A stretch of 64,000 bases of DNA from Lepidodermella squamata (GCA_047495785.1 JBLDXI010000003.1:992001-1056000); one strand, 5' to 3'; positions 1 to 12,996 are shown, counted from the first letter of the stretch. Numbers and translations: made by a program. Notes: generated from the letters alone by a model not told the origin.

Positions 1-2352
1 CTGAAAACGGGAGGAGTTCTGACGATTGATTTGGTGCCAGAATCAGACAGCGTAACAGTTACCAGCGGAATCAGCTGGAAAAAGCAGCCTAGAGCTCGGG
101 GGCGATTCTTGAAGCAGAAGAAGAATTCCAAACCCCGTCATCCTGGTCTGGGAAGGCCTTGTCCGAAGTGTTATAAACCTCTTCGTGACAAAACATCGTT
201 GGAGCGTCATCTTATGTCTGCTGCATGTCCGATGGGCCCTACTGAATCAACTGATTTGCCATCATTATTAGCCGAGTCGAAGCGGTTAGTCAGTTCGCTA
301 AATAATTAAGAATAATTACGTATCATATTGAAATTGCAGGACGGCGGTGATGAACAAGTACGCTTTAAAAGTGGATAAAGAAGATGAAGGTGAAAAATCT
401 CCATCTCAGCCTTCCGTTAACGTTACCGTAAACAACTTCCAGTCCAGCTCGAATGCGATCACTGCCCCCAGGCAGGGGCCGAAAACGGGTCGTGAAGTTG
501 AGAATTTCATTAACGACTTTCGCAAATCATTTGAGAATCCTATATTTGGCTCGAGTAATCGAGCCCCAGCAACTGTCAAGAAAATTATTGAAGGTGCGGC
601 CCAGGTTATCAATCTTTGTGGGTACAAGTTTGTCGACGATCTATATACTCGCGAGGGATTTCAAGCTCTTAAGCGGCCTTTTAAACGAAATATCAAGTTC
701 GGCACGAAGAAGTCGTTGTGTCAGGCCTACAGAGAATTTGTAGAATTCCTTGAATACTATGATGACCTCGGCATTGACGAACGTCGTCGAGTTCTACTTC
801 TCTCCTTTTTGAAAAAGGCTCACGACTCCTTTAATCGCGGCGTCGCAATTGACAATGCCGATAGGCGGGTACGTATTTCTGAAGCGATAAGAAATAGAGA
901 ACTGCCCACCTTTTCTGAGGTCTGTCTTGTTCTTGATGTTTTTCGAGCTAGGGTATGTTGAAGCATTTTTAATTATTTGAGCTAACTTTTAAGTTTTCAG
1001 GTTGAAGAACTGGACACTAAGCCTGAAATCGACGTTAAAGATTTCAAATTACTTCTCGGTTATGTAGGTTTCAGTCGTGTCAAACGCTGCGCTATTCGCC
1101 CGGGAGCTCTGACACTGATGAAAGTTTCCGAATTCAATAAGCCGGTCTTAGAATCTGAAAACGTGGTTCTAGTACACGTGAAAGGTGAGAGTTTTGAGAA
1201 AGTCCGTAATTTCATCTATGAACGCTTTTCAGGTCAGAAAGCGTCAACATACAACGACGGTTTTGTTAATTACTCCAAAGACGTCTACGACATTTGTTCC
1301 AAATATCTCGAAGACTGGCGTGTTTCATCCGCACTAGCGCAATTCTTCATCTGGCCAACTACAATGAAAGCCGTGACATCCCAAGACCTGGGAAGAGTCT
1401 GCAAGGACTTTTTTCGAGAATCAGTTCAGAAAGACTTTTGTTTTACTGATTTCCGTCAGTATATTCAGACGGTATTCTCACAAACTTGTTCTGATGAGTT
1501 TGAGAAAAAATGGTTTAACAGGATCATGCAGCACAGGTAAAAAATTAGTGACATTGTGTTTGAGGTTGTAAGTTGAAAAAAATCTGCACGCTGATTGGTC
1601 AGTTGGCTCGTATCCATGACTCCGCCTAGCTACTTGATCGTGCGATCCATAAAATGTTTGCAAAAAATATCTTTTTATGAATGGTTTTACGCATTTGTTG
1701 GAAACGCGTGCTACGATACGGCCTTCATAAAAATAATAAAAGCCACAAATTATATAGATCGCACGATCAAGTAGCAAGGCGGAGTCATGGATACGAGCCA
1801 ACTGACCAATCAGCGTGCAGATTTTTTTCAACTTACAACCTCAAACACAATGGACCTTACTAAGTCGGGTTAACTTGACTGCTCCGCTATAGTGATGACG
1901 TTGGACGACAATACTACGAAATGGCTATGGCACCCAGGTTTCATGCCAAAATGGGTCAAAAAATCGAGTCCGAAATGTTAATTCGAGAGAAAAATTGGCT
2001 GGCGACGGGTGGCAACCTTGCCGAAACGGAGGGAGAAAGCGATGTAGATGATTTGACCGAAACTAATGAGATGAGGAGACAATCACGGCTATGCTTGAAA
2101 TCATGCAAACAGCACGATCGGCCATCTCAGAGATCAAAAAAGCCTCCTATTGTCGATTTAACTCGCGACTGTTCCGCTGAATCGTCATCAAACAGCGAAG
2201 ATGTGCCGAAACGTAAACGAGGAAGGCCACCTAAGAGAAGAGATAATGGAACGGCTACAGGGAGAATTCCACGCCTGTCGATTTCGCAAAGCTCTGCTTC
2301 CTCAATTAGTTCAGAGAGCAGCAATAGAGTCAATCTTAAGAAGCCAAGGTAG
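1..2352 (+). CDS. Spliced tyrosine-recombinase gene (Crypton-like element) with N-terminal C2H2-type zinc finger and C-terminal AT-hook; 5' end outside window
   Basis: GT-AG introns 285-339, 953-1000, 1185-1232 and 1537-1892 join the ORFs in frame. Motifs: CPKC-x12-H-x4-C finger; YR residues R (CAIRPGAL), K (KGQKAS), xxxR (TDFRQ), H and Y (MQHSDDVGRQYY); AT-hook KRKRGRPPK. Confidence 0.75.
1552..1852. mobile_element. Foldback MITE with ~100-bp TIRs inside the last YR intron
   Basis: CATTGTGTTTGAGGTTGTAAG... and ...CTTACAACCTCAAACACAATG are near-perfect inverted repeats; GA flanks both sides (2-bp TSD). Confidence 0.85.
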
Positions 2353-2633
2353 CTGAAGAAATCTTCACCAGGCTTGAGAACTCGCTCAAGAAGCGCTAGT
2401 TCGTCCACGAACTCAAGCGCTCAATAAGAAAAAAGTTGACAGGAGAGACTAACTGTGTGTTTGGTGGGATTGGATTGTTTATCGTGTGAATCGTGATATG
2501 ATTTTTTAAAAGTTGGGCTTTTTAAAGATGTCTGATGGCATTGTTTGAGTTTATTTGATGAGCTAGTAAACCACTTTATTTTTAATTAAAGTTCCGATAG
2601 TGTTTTTTACAAGCATGGAAGCTTTCGGAACTG

Positions 2634-2686
2634 CTACCGTAAAACTACCGTAAAACTACCGCTTAAAATACCGCAAAACTACCGTA
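2634..2686 (+). repeat. Short tandem repeat (AAAACTACCGT-like, ~5 copies)
   Basis: ctaccgtaaaactaccgtaaaactaccgcttaaaataccgcaaaactaccgtag. Confidence 0.7.
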
Positions 2687-3382
2687 GGAATCGGCAGCTT
2701 ATGAATATTCATATGTTTACAACTATTAAAACTTCTTGGTCTGTCCGAGTTACACTTTTTATTTATAGCTGAATTCAACCCAAGCATGGAGCTAAGAATA
2801 GTTCGGGCGCTAGATTTCTACTGAAAAGGTCCATCCAATGACCTGCTATTCATACCCAAGCTCTTTAGCCTCACTCAGGCAGTTTCCAACATTGAAGTAC
2901 TACAACTTGATTCGGAAAAACACCTGGCACTCAAGTCGCAAACTTTGATGGCACCCCTGGTTAGGATTTAAGGGGTGATTAGTGAGGTCCCCTAAGAAAT
3001 GGCCCGTTGAACTCAGCGACGTCGGGTTTTGGGGGATTCAACAAACAAGAAAGTTCCCAACATATCGTCCCTATTAACTGTATTGTAAAGGAATCTCGTT
3101 ATTTTCATCGAAATTCGCGTTTCTTCATCATATATTTCGTTCAGCTAAATTTGACGCACCAGCATATCTGTATTTTTTAATAGATTCATGACGGGAGTAA
3201 AAGAATAAGGTCTTGCACATATAACTGGAACGGATTCAATAGATAGTGTAAGGCAATCATTACGAATCATCAACAAAGAAACATTTGAACAAGATTCAGG
3301 CATTAAGTATTAAGTTAAGGTATTTGTCGTTAATTTCCTTCGGAGCTATGATTAATGACTTCATTAAACTTGACATACAATC

Positions 3383-6300
3383 TCACGTATGCTTTCCATT
3401 ATCAGCAAATGCACTGAATGGGCCATTCGACCCGCCCTGTATTGTTGGTTCTAGGTTGGCCCAATCCTCGGAATCATTATAACCATCTGCATTCCGATTA
3501 AAAGCTATTTCTTGAAAAGCCGGTGTCTGTACGGTTGTGTGAATTTGCATCTTATCCACAAACTCGATGCTCAACGATTGATCAAAGCCGTTAAAGCCGT
3601 TGTCGAGGGAGAACGTGGGTTCGACTGGGAAATTTGGAAAGCCGGCGATTCCATCGGGTGCGTTTGACTGCACGGGCTGGTGATCATCGCTAGCGCCAAG
3701 AAAGTTATTCGCTGATGAGCCATTTTCGTCGTCATCGCTGTCCGGCTGATTAGAATCCTCATTCTCAGCCATGAGCTCTTCTTCGTATTCCGCACTGACA
3801 GAATCTACAGTCATCCATCTTATAGATTTGTAATTCTCAGATCCTCTCGCTGCATAACTGTTCTTACTTCGATCAGAACTTTCCTTGTCGATTTCAGAAG
3901 TCAAATCTTTAACGCTTCGATTAGATGGCCAAAAGTACTTGAGGAAAGGAATATGCAAAATTGTGTATCCGAAAGTCGCACTGCCCATAGGTCGAAGCCA
4001 TTCGTTGTCCTTGTAAGTTTCCACTGTGACTACAGAGTCTCTTACAATGGTGTGACTAAAAACGCAGGATGGGTATAACAAAAACAAGGTAAATTATCAA
4101 TTCAAATTACGGTATAACAACTTGGCCACGTTCGCTTTGACTGAAGCGAGCCAGAAACTGAATTGAAATAAAATATTTAGAGTAACATGACGTAAAATTA
4201 TTGAATTTGCAACTGACCGTTCCAACACATTGCTTCACAAAGGCAGATTTACTATACGAGGGAGAAACAAATCCCGCGAATCCATCAGGCCAATAAGCTT
4301 TTAGCCAATCGGTGCATAGCAAATTCAAGGCATCATAGAACCATTCCCAAAAGCTGAAGGGTTTCTTGGGAGCTTTTTCAGGGTCAAAGTGTAGCTTCTC
4401 CCTTTTCACCAACATGTCCCAGCTGACAATTTCGTCGTCAAAGCAACGGCAAGAATCGTAAGGTAAGTCTTGCGGATGATCAGCGGAAGAAAAAAGACAT
4501 GGTGGACACGGCGTGGGGGCGAACATGCGTTCAGCCAAAAAGTGAACATTTTCTGGCTTCAGTCCGCTGCCAAGCCGATATGTCCAGAAACCATTCAAGA
4601 GACTTTTCACATCCTTCCATGAAGCGTCATTAGGTAGTGGAATTGGGTGCTGTCAAAGAATCGATAAAGAGTGTGATGTCTCATGCTCAATACTTATAAT
4701 TTCTTACCTGAATGTCAAAGAACAGTCGCATGATGGAAGGTATGTCGATGGGGAGATAATCGATTGATTGCAACACGGCATATCTTGTGAGCATTGTGTC
4801 TAGACGGATGTAGCTATCACTTTCGAGGCAAGAGCACATCCCACCCGAGTTAGTCGAATTCAATGGGCAAGGCACGAAAGGCTGGTCGGCGACCTGCATC
4901 GCCAGATAATGCCAGGTATCCTCAGTCAGCGGCTCTCGTCCAAGGCTACTCGAAGCGGCCGCAACGCATTGTTTGACATCTTTCCACTGGGCAACATTCA
5001 GACGTATGGGACTCTGTTGGGTTAAATAATCATAATTGGGCAAGATTCAAACGCCTGATAACGTACTATAGCAGAAAAATAGTTGCTCCATGCCACAGCG
5101 ATTTCGGAATTGGCTCTTTGAATGAAATTGGACGTTACAGAAATGGGAAGCGACACTGTACTGATGCTCCACGGCTCGGGAAAATGTTGCCATATAAAAA
5201 TTGGCAACTGTGAAGAGAGCGAAAACTGGATGCGCACCTTTTCCTCCACAACAGAATGTCCATCAGCCACCATTTGATTGTCTCCTAATTTTCGCTTGGC
5301 ACCTTTTTCCAGGCTTTCTATCCTCAGAAATTCAATTGCAGCCACGCAGTGGCCTAATGATGAAAGAGAAATTAATTTTAAATAATGCCCTAAAGTTTCT
5401 GCCCACCGGTCTCCGGTTTATAGACGAGCTCCATTGTTGTGCTTGGGTTAACCGTAAGGTGTGATGTTGGCAGCCAATCGTTGTCGTTTACTAGTTTGAT
5501 GCTAACCTTGAGGTTTTCTGCTTTTATCAACTGTTCAGCTACAGTTTTAGATTTTCTTTTCGGACGTGATGCACACGATGGAGAAGATTTGATGCCCAGC
5601 TGCTGTCTTGCATTTCGAAACATCTGGTACGAAGAGTCTAGCTGTAGATCGATCTTTAATTAACGAGAGCTAATTAAAATCTTCAAAAACATCCGAATTA
5701 TTACCGGAAATCGAGGAAGTGGCAAGAGAAAAGACGGTGAGCCGGCATATTTTTCGAATTCAGGGCGGAATATAACCGAAGGGCAGAGTAATCGAACTGT
5801 CGGAGCTGCAAAACGCGAGCCTGTTCTAGTAGTTTGAGAATGCCAGTTGGTAGCAAAGCCATTTTTCAAGAAAAAATCCGAGAAAATATGTTGGCATGTC
5901 ACGGCAAGTGCCCGCAATCGAGGGCCGAAATGCGGATCTCCCCATGCAGCTTTTGAGGCGAATTGAAACCTTGCTATATCTCTCTCCAATATTTGAGCAG
6001 CGGCGTCGTAAGCGCCTTGCAGATGGTCTAAATCAGTAGTTGGTACGATGCCGAATGAAATTTCAATTTTCTGACGTTCGAACAGTTTCATGTAGGCTGA
6101 AATGCTAGAAATCGTCCGTTGCACTGAAGGCATGTATTGCTCAGTTGCTGCATACAGATGCTGAGACATTGGGGGAACCGATCCTAAATTAGGTTGTAAG
6201 GCATCGGCAAGGCAGTAACTGGCGTGGCGCAGGGCATCAACGGCTGTTTCGAAGTTTTCGAATTTGATCTCAGGAGCTAAACGATCAGCAGCTCTGATTA

Positions 6301-6818
6301 AATGAGGTATTATTTGGCTTTGGAAAAACAGCTCGCTCTCATTTAGAAGTTGAATTTTCAACTTTATGAAGAAATCCATCGCCCCTTGAAGACTCAAAGC
6401 CTGAGGAAAAGACAAGGGTAATAGGTTAGTTTCGTATCTTAGGATGTCTACCGAAAGCTGGTCGACGCGATTCGAGCCATTCCTGCGCAGGACCTGGATT
6501 GCATCAGCTAGGAAATGGCGCACCTAAAACAGAATTTAATTGCACATATCACTGAGCGGTTGAAGACTCTTTTACGTCACTGTTGCACGGAAAAGCACCA
6601 TTGAATAGCAGCCTAAAAGGTAACGATAAGGTAGCTCTTTAGTATTTCATTTTTGGAGAATTGTCTCACCATGAGGTGCTGGTGGAGCTAATCCAGTCAG
6701 CTAAATCTAGCCGACGTTGCCAATCACCGCTTATCTCGTAAACTTGACTGATTAATAAGCCTTCAGCGCTGGAGTCTTGCTGAAGCCACAATTCCAATTG
6801 GGACTTACTCAGAGGCAT
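3383..6818 (-). CDS. STAT: Divergent STAT transcription factor, paralogue 1 (multi-exon)
   Basis: ATG 6818 (MPLSKSQLELW..RLDLADWI, N-domain); coiled coil; DBD VVEEK..TVSLPISVTSNFIQ..AWSNYFS; linker FSFWEWF; SH2 GFVS..FLARFSQSERG; tail Tyr in ENYKS; acidic C-terminus. Confidence 0.85.
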
Positions 6819-7049
6819 CCTGAGACTTTAGTTCATCAAAATTTAAGACGGCTGAAAAATGTGACTCTTCTAATAACTAATAGCTGTCGCATTTTTATAC
6901 CATGCGATAACACGCATTTACTTGGAAATGGAGCCGAGATTAGAAAGGAAGCGGCGTGGGTGTCGATTTTATAATTGTAATTGTGATAAAGTTTGAGATA
7001 AACGTCGCATTTACACGAGCTACTTCGTAATTATCGATGTTAATTACTT

Positions 7050-7465
7050 CATGAGACGTACTAGGACGCCGGGGCTACTATCTCCCCATACAAAATTCTC
7101 TGCGTCACGTGCCGGAATAATGCAAATGATTCACGTGACCGCGGACTAAACATAATAATTTAATGGCAAATTGAAAAATATTTATTTTAATTATTTTTGG
7201 TTATTTAATATTTTTTAAAGTGAAAATTAATTACAAGAACCGGCGCGCGAAACTCGGCGTTTTAGGTTCAGAGATGAAGATCGAGGTCTTGTGGTCGCTG
7301 CAAAAAGTTGATCTTTGCGTAAACACGTGCTTTTTGTGAATGAGATTTTTTGCTGATCGCTGCTAATGAGGTTATTTTTTGCCACCGTGACCTTCGGACC
7401 TCATTAAAAAATAACACGAAAAGCAGTCGTTTTATTCGAGCTCCGGCGTCCTAGTACGTCTCATG
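7050..7465. mobile_element. MITE with 8-bp TSD (hAT- or P-type)
   Basis: TIR CATGAGACGTACTAGGACGCCGG at both ends; TSD AATTACTT at 7042-7049 and 7466-7473. An uninterrupted inverted copy of the target repeat lies at ~10780-10865. Confidence 0.9.
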
Positions 7466-7555
7466 AATTACTTCGGCTGTTGCATCATCATTTTCACTTT
7501 AACTGAAACGAGCGCTGGTTTTTATTTTTGTGTGAAATTTTTAGGTTGTATGCGA

Positions 7556-7654
7556 AAAGAGCAAGCGAAATAAGAGCAATGATAAATGAGCAATGATATA
7601 AGAGCATAACGAGATGAGAGCAACGAGAAAAGAGCAGAACGACGAAAGAGCAAT
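7556..7654 (+). repeat. Degenerate tandem repeat (AAGAGCAA core)
   Basis: About 7 repeated GAGCA units. Confidence 0.6.
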
Positions 7655-7726
7655 CATTAATAATAAATAATGAAAAAATTATTTGATTTTTTGCTTAGGA
7701 TTGACAAGTGATTCTCGACCCATTAA

Positions 7727-8496
7727 CCCTTTCACGGCGGGAAGGCCGATTTGGAATTTCGACGTTGAAAATTCGCAGAAAATCGAATTTGATGCATTCT
7801 TGATCGCCATTTTAAGGAATATTGCTCTTCGATGTTGGCTACAAGGTTCTGAGACCAGAACACCGTTATCTTGCATGGTCAGGACATACTAGCAATTTTA
7901 AAATAGTCAACCTGAGATTGAAATTTCGATTTCTTTCAACTTGAAATTGTATAGGGTTCTGATCATTTTTTGATCCAACAAAAAAACCACCGTGTCCGCC
8001 ATAGTCTCATTGACCTCTGTGTAAATTTTTTAGAGTGGGAAAGAAAAAACGACGACGCTATTGATATTCAATCAAACCGGCCGAATTAGTCCTATCCGCC
8101 CGTACAGGCGGAGTGCGTGATTTTTGCGCTGCAAAAACTGTCGCGAGGAAGAACTGGAAAAGCTGAATTCAGATCTGAATGCTGAGCCTCTAAAACTTCT
8201 TTAAACTGAATGTTTTCGGCGATATAAGTGGGGAAGAATCTTAGGGACATTCATGGGAGTAATTTAGAATCTAAAATTCTAAAGCTGGAGGCATCTGACT
8301 CAGAAATTAGGGTGCTCGAAAAATCAGCTGAAATCAGCTGGGCGGATAGGACGATTTCGGCCAGTTTTCGTACAGCCTTAACGGTGATAGATAAAGACAA
8401 ACGGATTTCAAAATCGGGATCAGGGCCTTCGAAAACCCCTAGAACTGCCGTCAAATATTTTTTCTACCGCAGATAAATAATTCCGCCATGAAAGGG
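7727..8496. mobile_element. Non-autonomous piggyBac-type element
   Basis: TTAA|CCCTTTCACGGCGG...CCGCCATGAAAGGG|TTAA. Confidence 0.85.
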
Positions 8497-8523
8497 TTAA
8501 AAACGCGTATTTTGAGTAATTAA

Positions 8524-8925
8524 CCCTTAGCCGCCGAAGACGTGTACACGCGTTAATTCCGGAGAAAATTCACCGTGGTCGAAGGATTTGGGCTATCGAA
8601 CCCATTGTTGCGTCATAAATTATGATAAATCAATAGTAAGAAACAAGCACTCCCCGAAAATCCAAATTTTCCAAGCCATTCTGACCAGGTCGAAAATAGT
8701 GAGAAAATTTTTAAATGACTTGTTAACACGTCATGAAAACGCGTTAACACGTCATAGCAACGGCGACCCAGTTAAATTTCTTCTGAAAAAGAGGTTCGGC
8801 TTTCAATCTAAGGCTAAATGTAAGACTTTCTGCCGACTCAGAATTTGATTTTAGCCTCTTCTTGATTTTCTGGGATTTTCTGATAGGTGCTCGAGTTAAC
8901 ACGTCATTGCGCCGGCGGCTAAGGG
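8524..8925. mobile_element. Non-autonomous piggyBac-type MITE
   Basis: TTAA|CCCTTAGCCGCCG...CGGCGGCTAAGGG|TTAA; internal TTAACACGTCAT repeats. Confidence 0.88.
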
Positions 8926-8967
8926 TTAAAAAAAAACGTTCCAGAGCGCTGGGACTTTTTGAACACG

Positions 8968-11415
8968 CCCGTAGTTCAGTATTTCTGAATTTTAAAGTTT
9001 ACTGATTGCTTTGAAAAGCATAAGCTAAGTTATGTGTGTCATCTGGTGATAATTGATATATGGATCTATGGACATGCCTAAGTTGCGTTTTTTATGGTGT
9101 CCGGAAAGCTATTGTTCAACGCTGTGATCAATATTTCGGACACCTCCGCAACACAGAAATAACAATCAAGTAATTAGGCCGGAGCTGTCCGAGCTCGAGA
9201 GGCAAACAGTTAAGACTAATCACCCTCCAACTTGATTAGATTAAGCCTTGACAAATCGTGACATGGTTGTAATTAATTTACGACATAGCGCCATCTGACC
9301 CTCGTTAATTTATGACGACGTGCCATACGGTCACTTTGTAGCTAAACGTCGTGGGAAAGCCTTTTTTATTTCGTCGGCACGATCCGCGAAAATCGAGAGA
9401 AATATTGATTTTTTGACATTTTTCGAAATTCACCGAAAATTCTCAATTTTAACTGTCAAATGACGATTATTTTGAATCCAAACTTTTCAAAAAATCCGTA
9501 GTTCAATATTTCTGAATTTAAAGTTTAACGACTGCTTTGAAAAGCATAAGCTAAGTTATGTGTGTCATCTGGTCTTAATTGTCATAATTAGCCCGCGGAC
9601 ACCATAAAAAACGCAACTCTAACGTCGCATTTACACTAGACTACCCATAATTATCCAAGTTAATTACTTTTACTGTTGCGCAATCATTTTCACGAAAGAC
9701 TGAATGCGTTGTTTTATCCATTTTTAAAACAAGAATTGGAAAGATTTAGATTGGGAGCGAGTAAGGTCGTGAAGAAATATCAAGGTAAATTAGCTAGACT
9801 GAGGTCTATGCATGCCTAACACCTTGTTTTTAATTTGCTGTGAAAAGAAATTCGCATTTACGAATTTCCTGAGAAAAAGTAACCATAATTTGAAAGCTAA
9901 AGAAATATTATTTAAATCCGACACATCTAAATAGCGGATCAAAATTGGTGGAATAGTGGCGAAGGTTATATTCCAATATTATTCAAATAATTTAGGGAGG
10001 ATTTTTCATAAATATTAGAAAATTTAATGAAGCTCCTGCTTTGGTAACGAAACCCACAAAAGTCATTGGAAAATCTCGAAACTATCAATATTTTCTGATT
10101 TCTATATTTTCCCCGGTATTTTTTCGAATTACATCGTGTCCCAGAGGTTGCGCAACTATTTTGTAATAGGGGCACTTTTCGTAGGAAATTCAACTAATTT
10201 TAATAAATTAAACCTACAGAGTTTTATTCGCGATTTAACCGAAAAGTATTAAAAATTGATATAAAATTCTCCGAAGAAAGCCCGGAAAACCCCGATGGTA
10301 ACTGGTTCGGTAATTTTTAGTATTTTACCCGGTTGGACAAAATTTCTCCGAGGTGAAATGTTAAATCCCATTAACAAGTGGCATACTTGATTAATATTCG
10401 CGTGATTTTTCGAATTTTTCTTACATTTTTCTGGCCACGAGATGGGACTTGGTCTGATTTTAGTGGTTCTGAACCCGTGTTCGTGATATTCTTACTCATG
10501 GGAAACGCTGTACAATACAGGGTGGCTTGAACTGCCGCCGTGACGCGATTCGTTGCATACTTCATTTTAAGAGGATTTTGGCAACATTTAAGAATTTTTA
10601 TATTCTCGAAATTGATCATTTCTATTTACCAGCAGGAGAATTGTATAGATCAGGTGTCAGCCAACAATGTGATTGCGAAATCGCGATTACTTGATACCTC
10701 AAAATTTGAGTTTTAAATCACCTTGCTGTGACTTGTTAACAGCGCCCATAAAATTTGCACACAAAAATAAAAACAGCGCTCACTCGAGTTTAAGTACAAA
10801 TGATGACGCAACAACTGAAGTAATTAACATCGATAATTACGAAGTAGCTCGTGTAAATGCGACGTAAGTTGCGTTTTTTATGGTGTCCGAGAAGCTATTG
10901 TTCAACGCTGTGATCAATATTTCGGACACCTCCGCAACACAGAACTAACAATCAAGTAATTAGGCTGGAGCTGTCCGACCTCGAGAGGCAAACAGTTAAG
11001 ACTAATCACGCCCCTACTTGATTAGATTAAGCCTTGACAAATCGAGACATGGTTGTAATTAATTTACTCCATAGCGCCATCTGACCCTCGTTAATTTATG
11101 ACGACGTGCCATACGGTCAATTTTTAGCCAAAAGTCGTGGGTAAACCTTTTTTATTTCGTTGGCACGATTCGCGAAAATCGAGAGAAATATTGATTTTTT
11201 GAAATTTTTCGAAAATTACCGAAAATTCTCAATTTTAACTGTCAATTCGCGATTATTTTGAATCTAAACTTGTCAAAAAATCCGTAGTTCAATATTTCTG
11301 AATTTAAAGTTTAACGATTGCTTTGAAAAGCATAAGCTAAGTTATGTGTCATCTGGTGTTGATTGATAAATGGATCTATGGACATGCCTAGCACCTTGTT
11401 TTTAATTTGCTGTGA
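8968..11415. repeat. Nested direct/inverted repeat complex of one non-autonomous element family
   Basis: 9081-9572 recurs at 10867-11356. AGTTGCGTTTTTTATGGTGTCCG is inverted at ~9596-9618. The block CCGTAGTTCAATATTTCTGAATT..GCTAAGTTATGTG occurs 3 times. Confidence 0.75.
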
Positions 11416-11444
11416 GCGAATTCCTCTTCACGGTAGATGGTGAC

Positions 11445-12155
11445 ATGCGCCGAGATTTTGCGCCCAGCGTGTTTGCGCCCACAAAAATGCGCCCCGACTT
11501 TTACGCCCTTACAGTATGCGCCCTGACATATGCGCCCCGACCTTTGCGCCCAGTGTTCTTTCCAATGGCAACTGTTTCATGGTGCTCATATCTTCGAGAT
11601 GTTAGTTAATTTCATGTTACCATGGAGGAGTACAATTTTGAAAGGTAAACGTTTTCTCCACTACATGGCATACCTGCGGTTGACCTCCTAAAATTCTGGA
11701 AAAATATCTAAAAAATATCTTGGCTCCTGTAGAATAAAGCTATCGATTTTGTTTTCCCGGATTCGATTCCATTATTGACTGCTGATTTTTTGGAATCGAA
11801 CCTTCGATAACCCTAAAATCACCTCTCTGGATCCCTTCACCTGGGTGGTAATTTATTAAACTGAAAGGTCTAATACAAAAGTCATAAAATGACTGCGTTT
11901 TCCATTAATGAGCACGCTTGAAGGTGCATCGACTTTTCGCCAACACAGAACTATAGAATAAGAAAATAATTTTCAGGTATATCTTCTTTAATCACAGATC
12001 AGGTATTTGGTGAACAGCCAGTTCATATTAGGATTATATGATTAGGAGAACACAGTTTTCTTCCAAAAAACAAATCTCGGGGCGCAAGTGTCAGGGCGCA
12101 ATTGTCAGGGCGTAAAAATACTGGGTTCAAAACTCCGGGCGCAAATGTCAAGGCT
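11445..12155. mobile_element. Foldback-like element with inverted arrays of TGCGCCC units
   Basis: About 7 GCGCCC units at 11445-11552; inverted GGGCGCAA units at 12078-12150. TSD not resolved. Confidence 0.55.
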
Positions 12156-12996
12156 TGACTGAAATGATAGAAGAAGCTTTCGTGATGACGCAACTGCGAC
12201 TTAAGCCGACATGAAACCAAAACCAAGGAGATTTTCGAATGATGATTTCCCACTTCCAAGAGAATGCCAGCCGCTTATATTTTGCGGTTGTGTCGATCAA
12301 ACACCGAATACGGCGAATCCCATAGTGTTGATGGGCGATGGGCGATGGTCATTTGCAAAATCGGTAATCGTGAGCGATTCTGAAAATGGTATCTTCGTTG
12401 CCGTATTATTAGGAGATTATAAACAGCGCGGTGATAAAATCGGCGAAGTTAGTTGTAGAGTACGCATTGAGACCACCGGAATCGTGGAGACGCCTCAAAT
12501 CGATATTGGGATTTAGAGAGCTCTGATGTTGTTGCTGAAAGGTATTCCGTGTTTATGTTTGAGCCCGAGACCGATTTCGGCCCGGACGCGGCCGGGTAAA
12601 AGCACTTTACCACTTCGCGCTCCGTCTATAACGTGCCCGTATGCGAATTTTACTGTAAGGAACAAATTCGATAGATACTCGGACCGCCAGGTTTGGGCTA
12701 GGACTTGATACATTTATCGGGTAGGGCAATGACTGTAGGTTGACCCAAGCCCGGCGGCCCGAGTGCGGCGCTGAGCAATAGCGCTGGTTCCCATTGTTCC
12801 CCGGCGTGCTCGGGCTAACACCGTGTGCAGTGAAGCGGGCATGTTTGAAAGCAGCCCGAACGCGGAGCGGCAAATCAATGTTACCCGTCTGCGTACCGGC
12901 CGGCTTGAACGCCTGAACGCAGAATTCGGACTCGGACCCCAACATTTTCGAAAATGTTTGAATGATTCATTATTTGTGAAATAAGTACCCGAAACT

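Noticed and set aside
1478-1863. Mirror ORFs sharing a peptide on both strands
   Set aside because: Artefact of the MITE inverted repeat.
12211-12945. GC-richer overlapping ORFs; TWRSEYLSNL resembles a BEL/Pao integrase tail
   Set aside because: A single short motif with no other LTR-element features.
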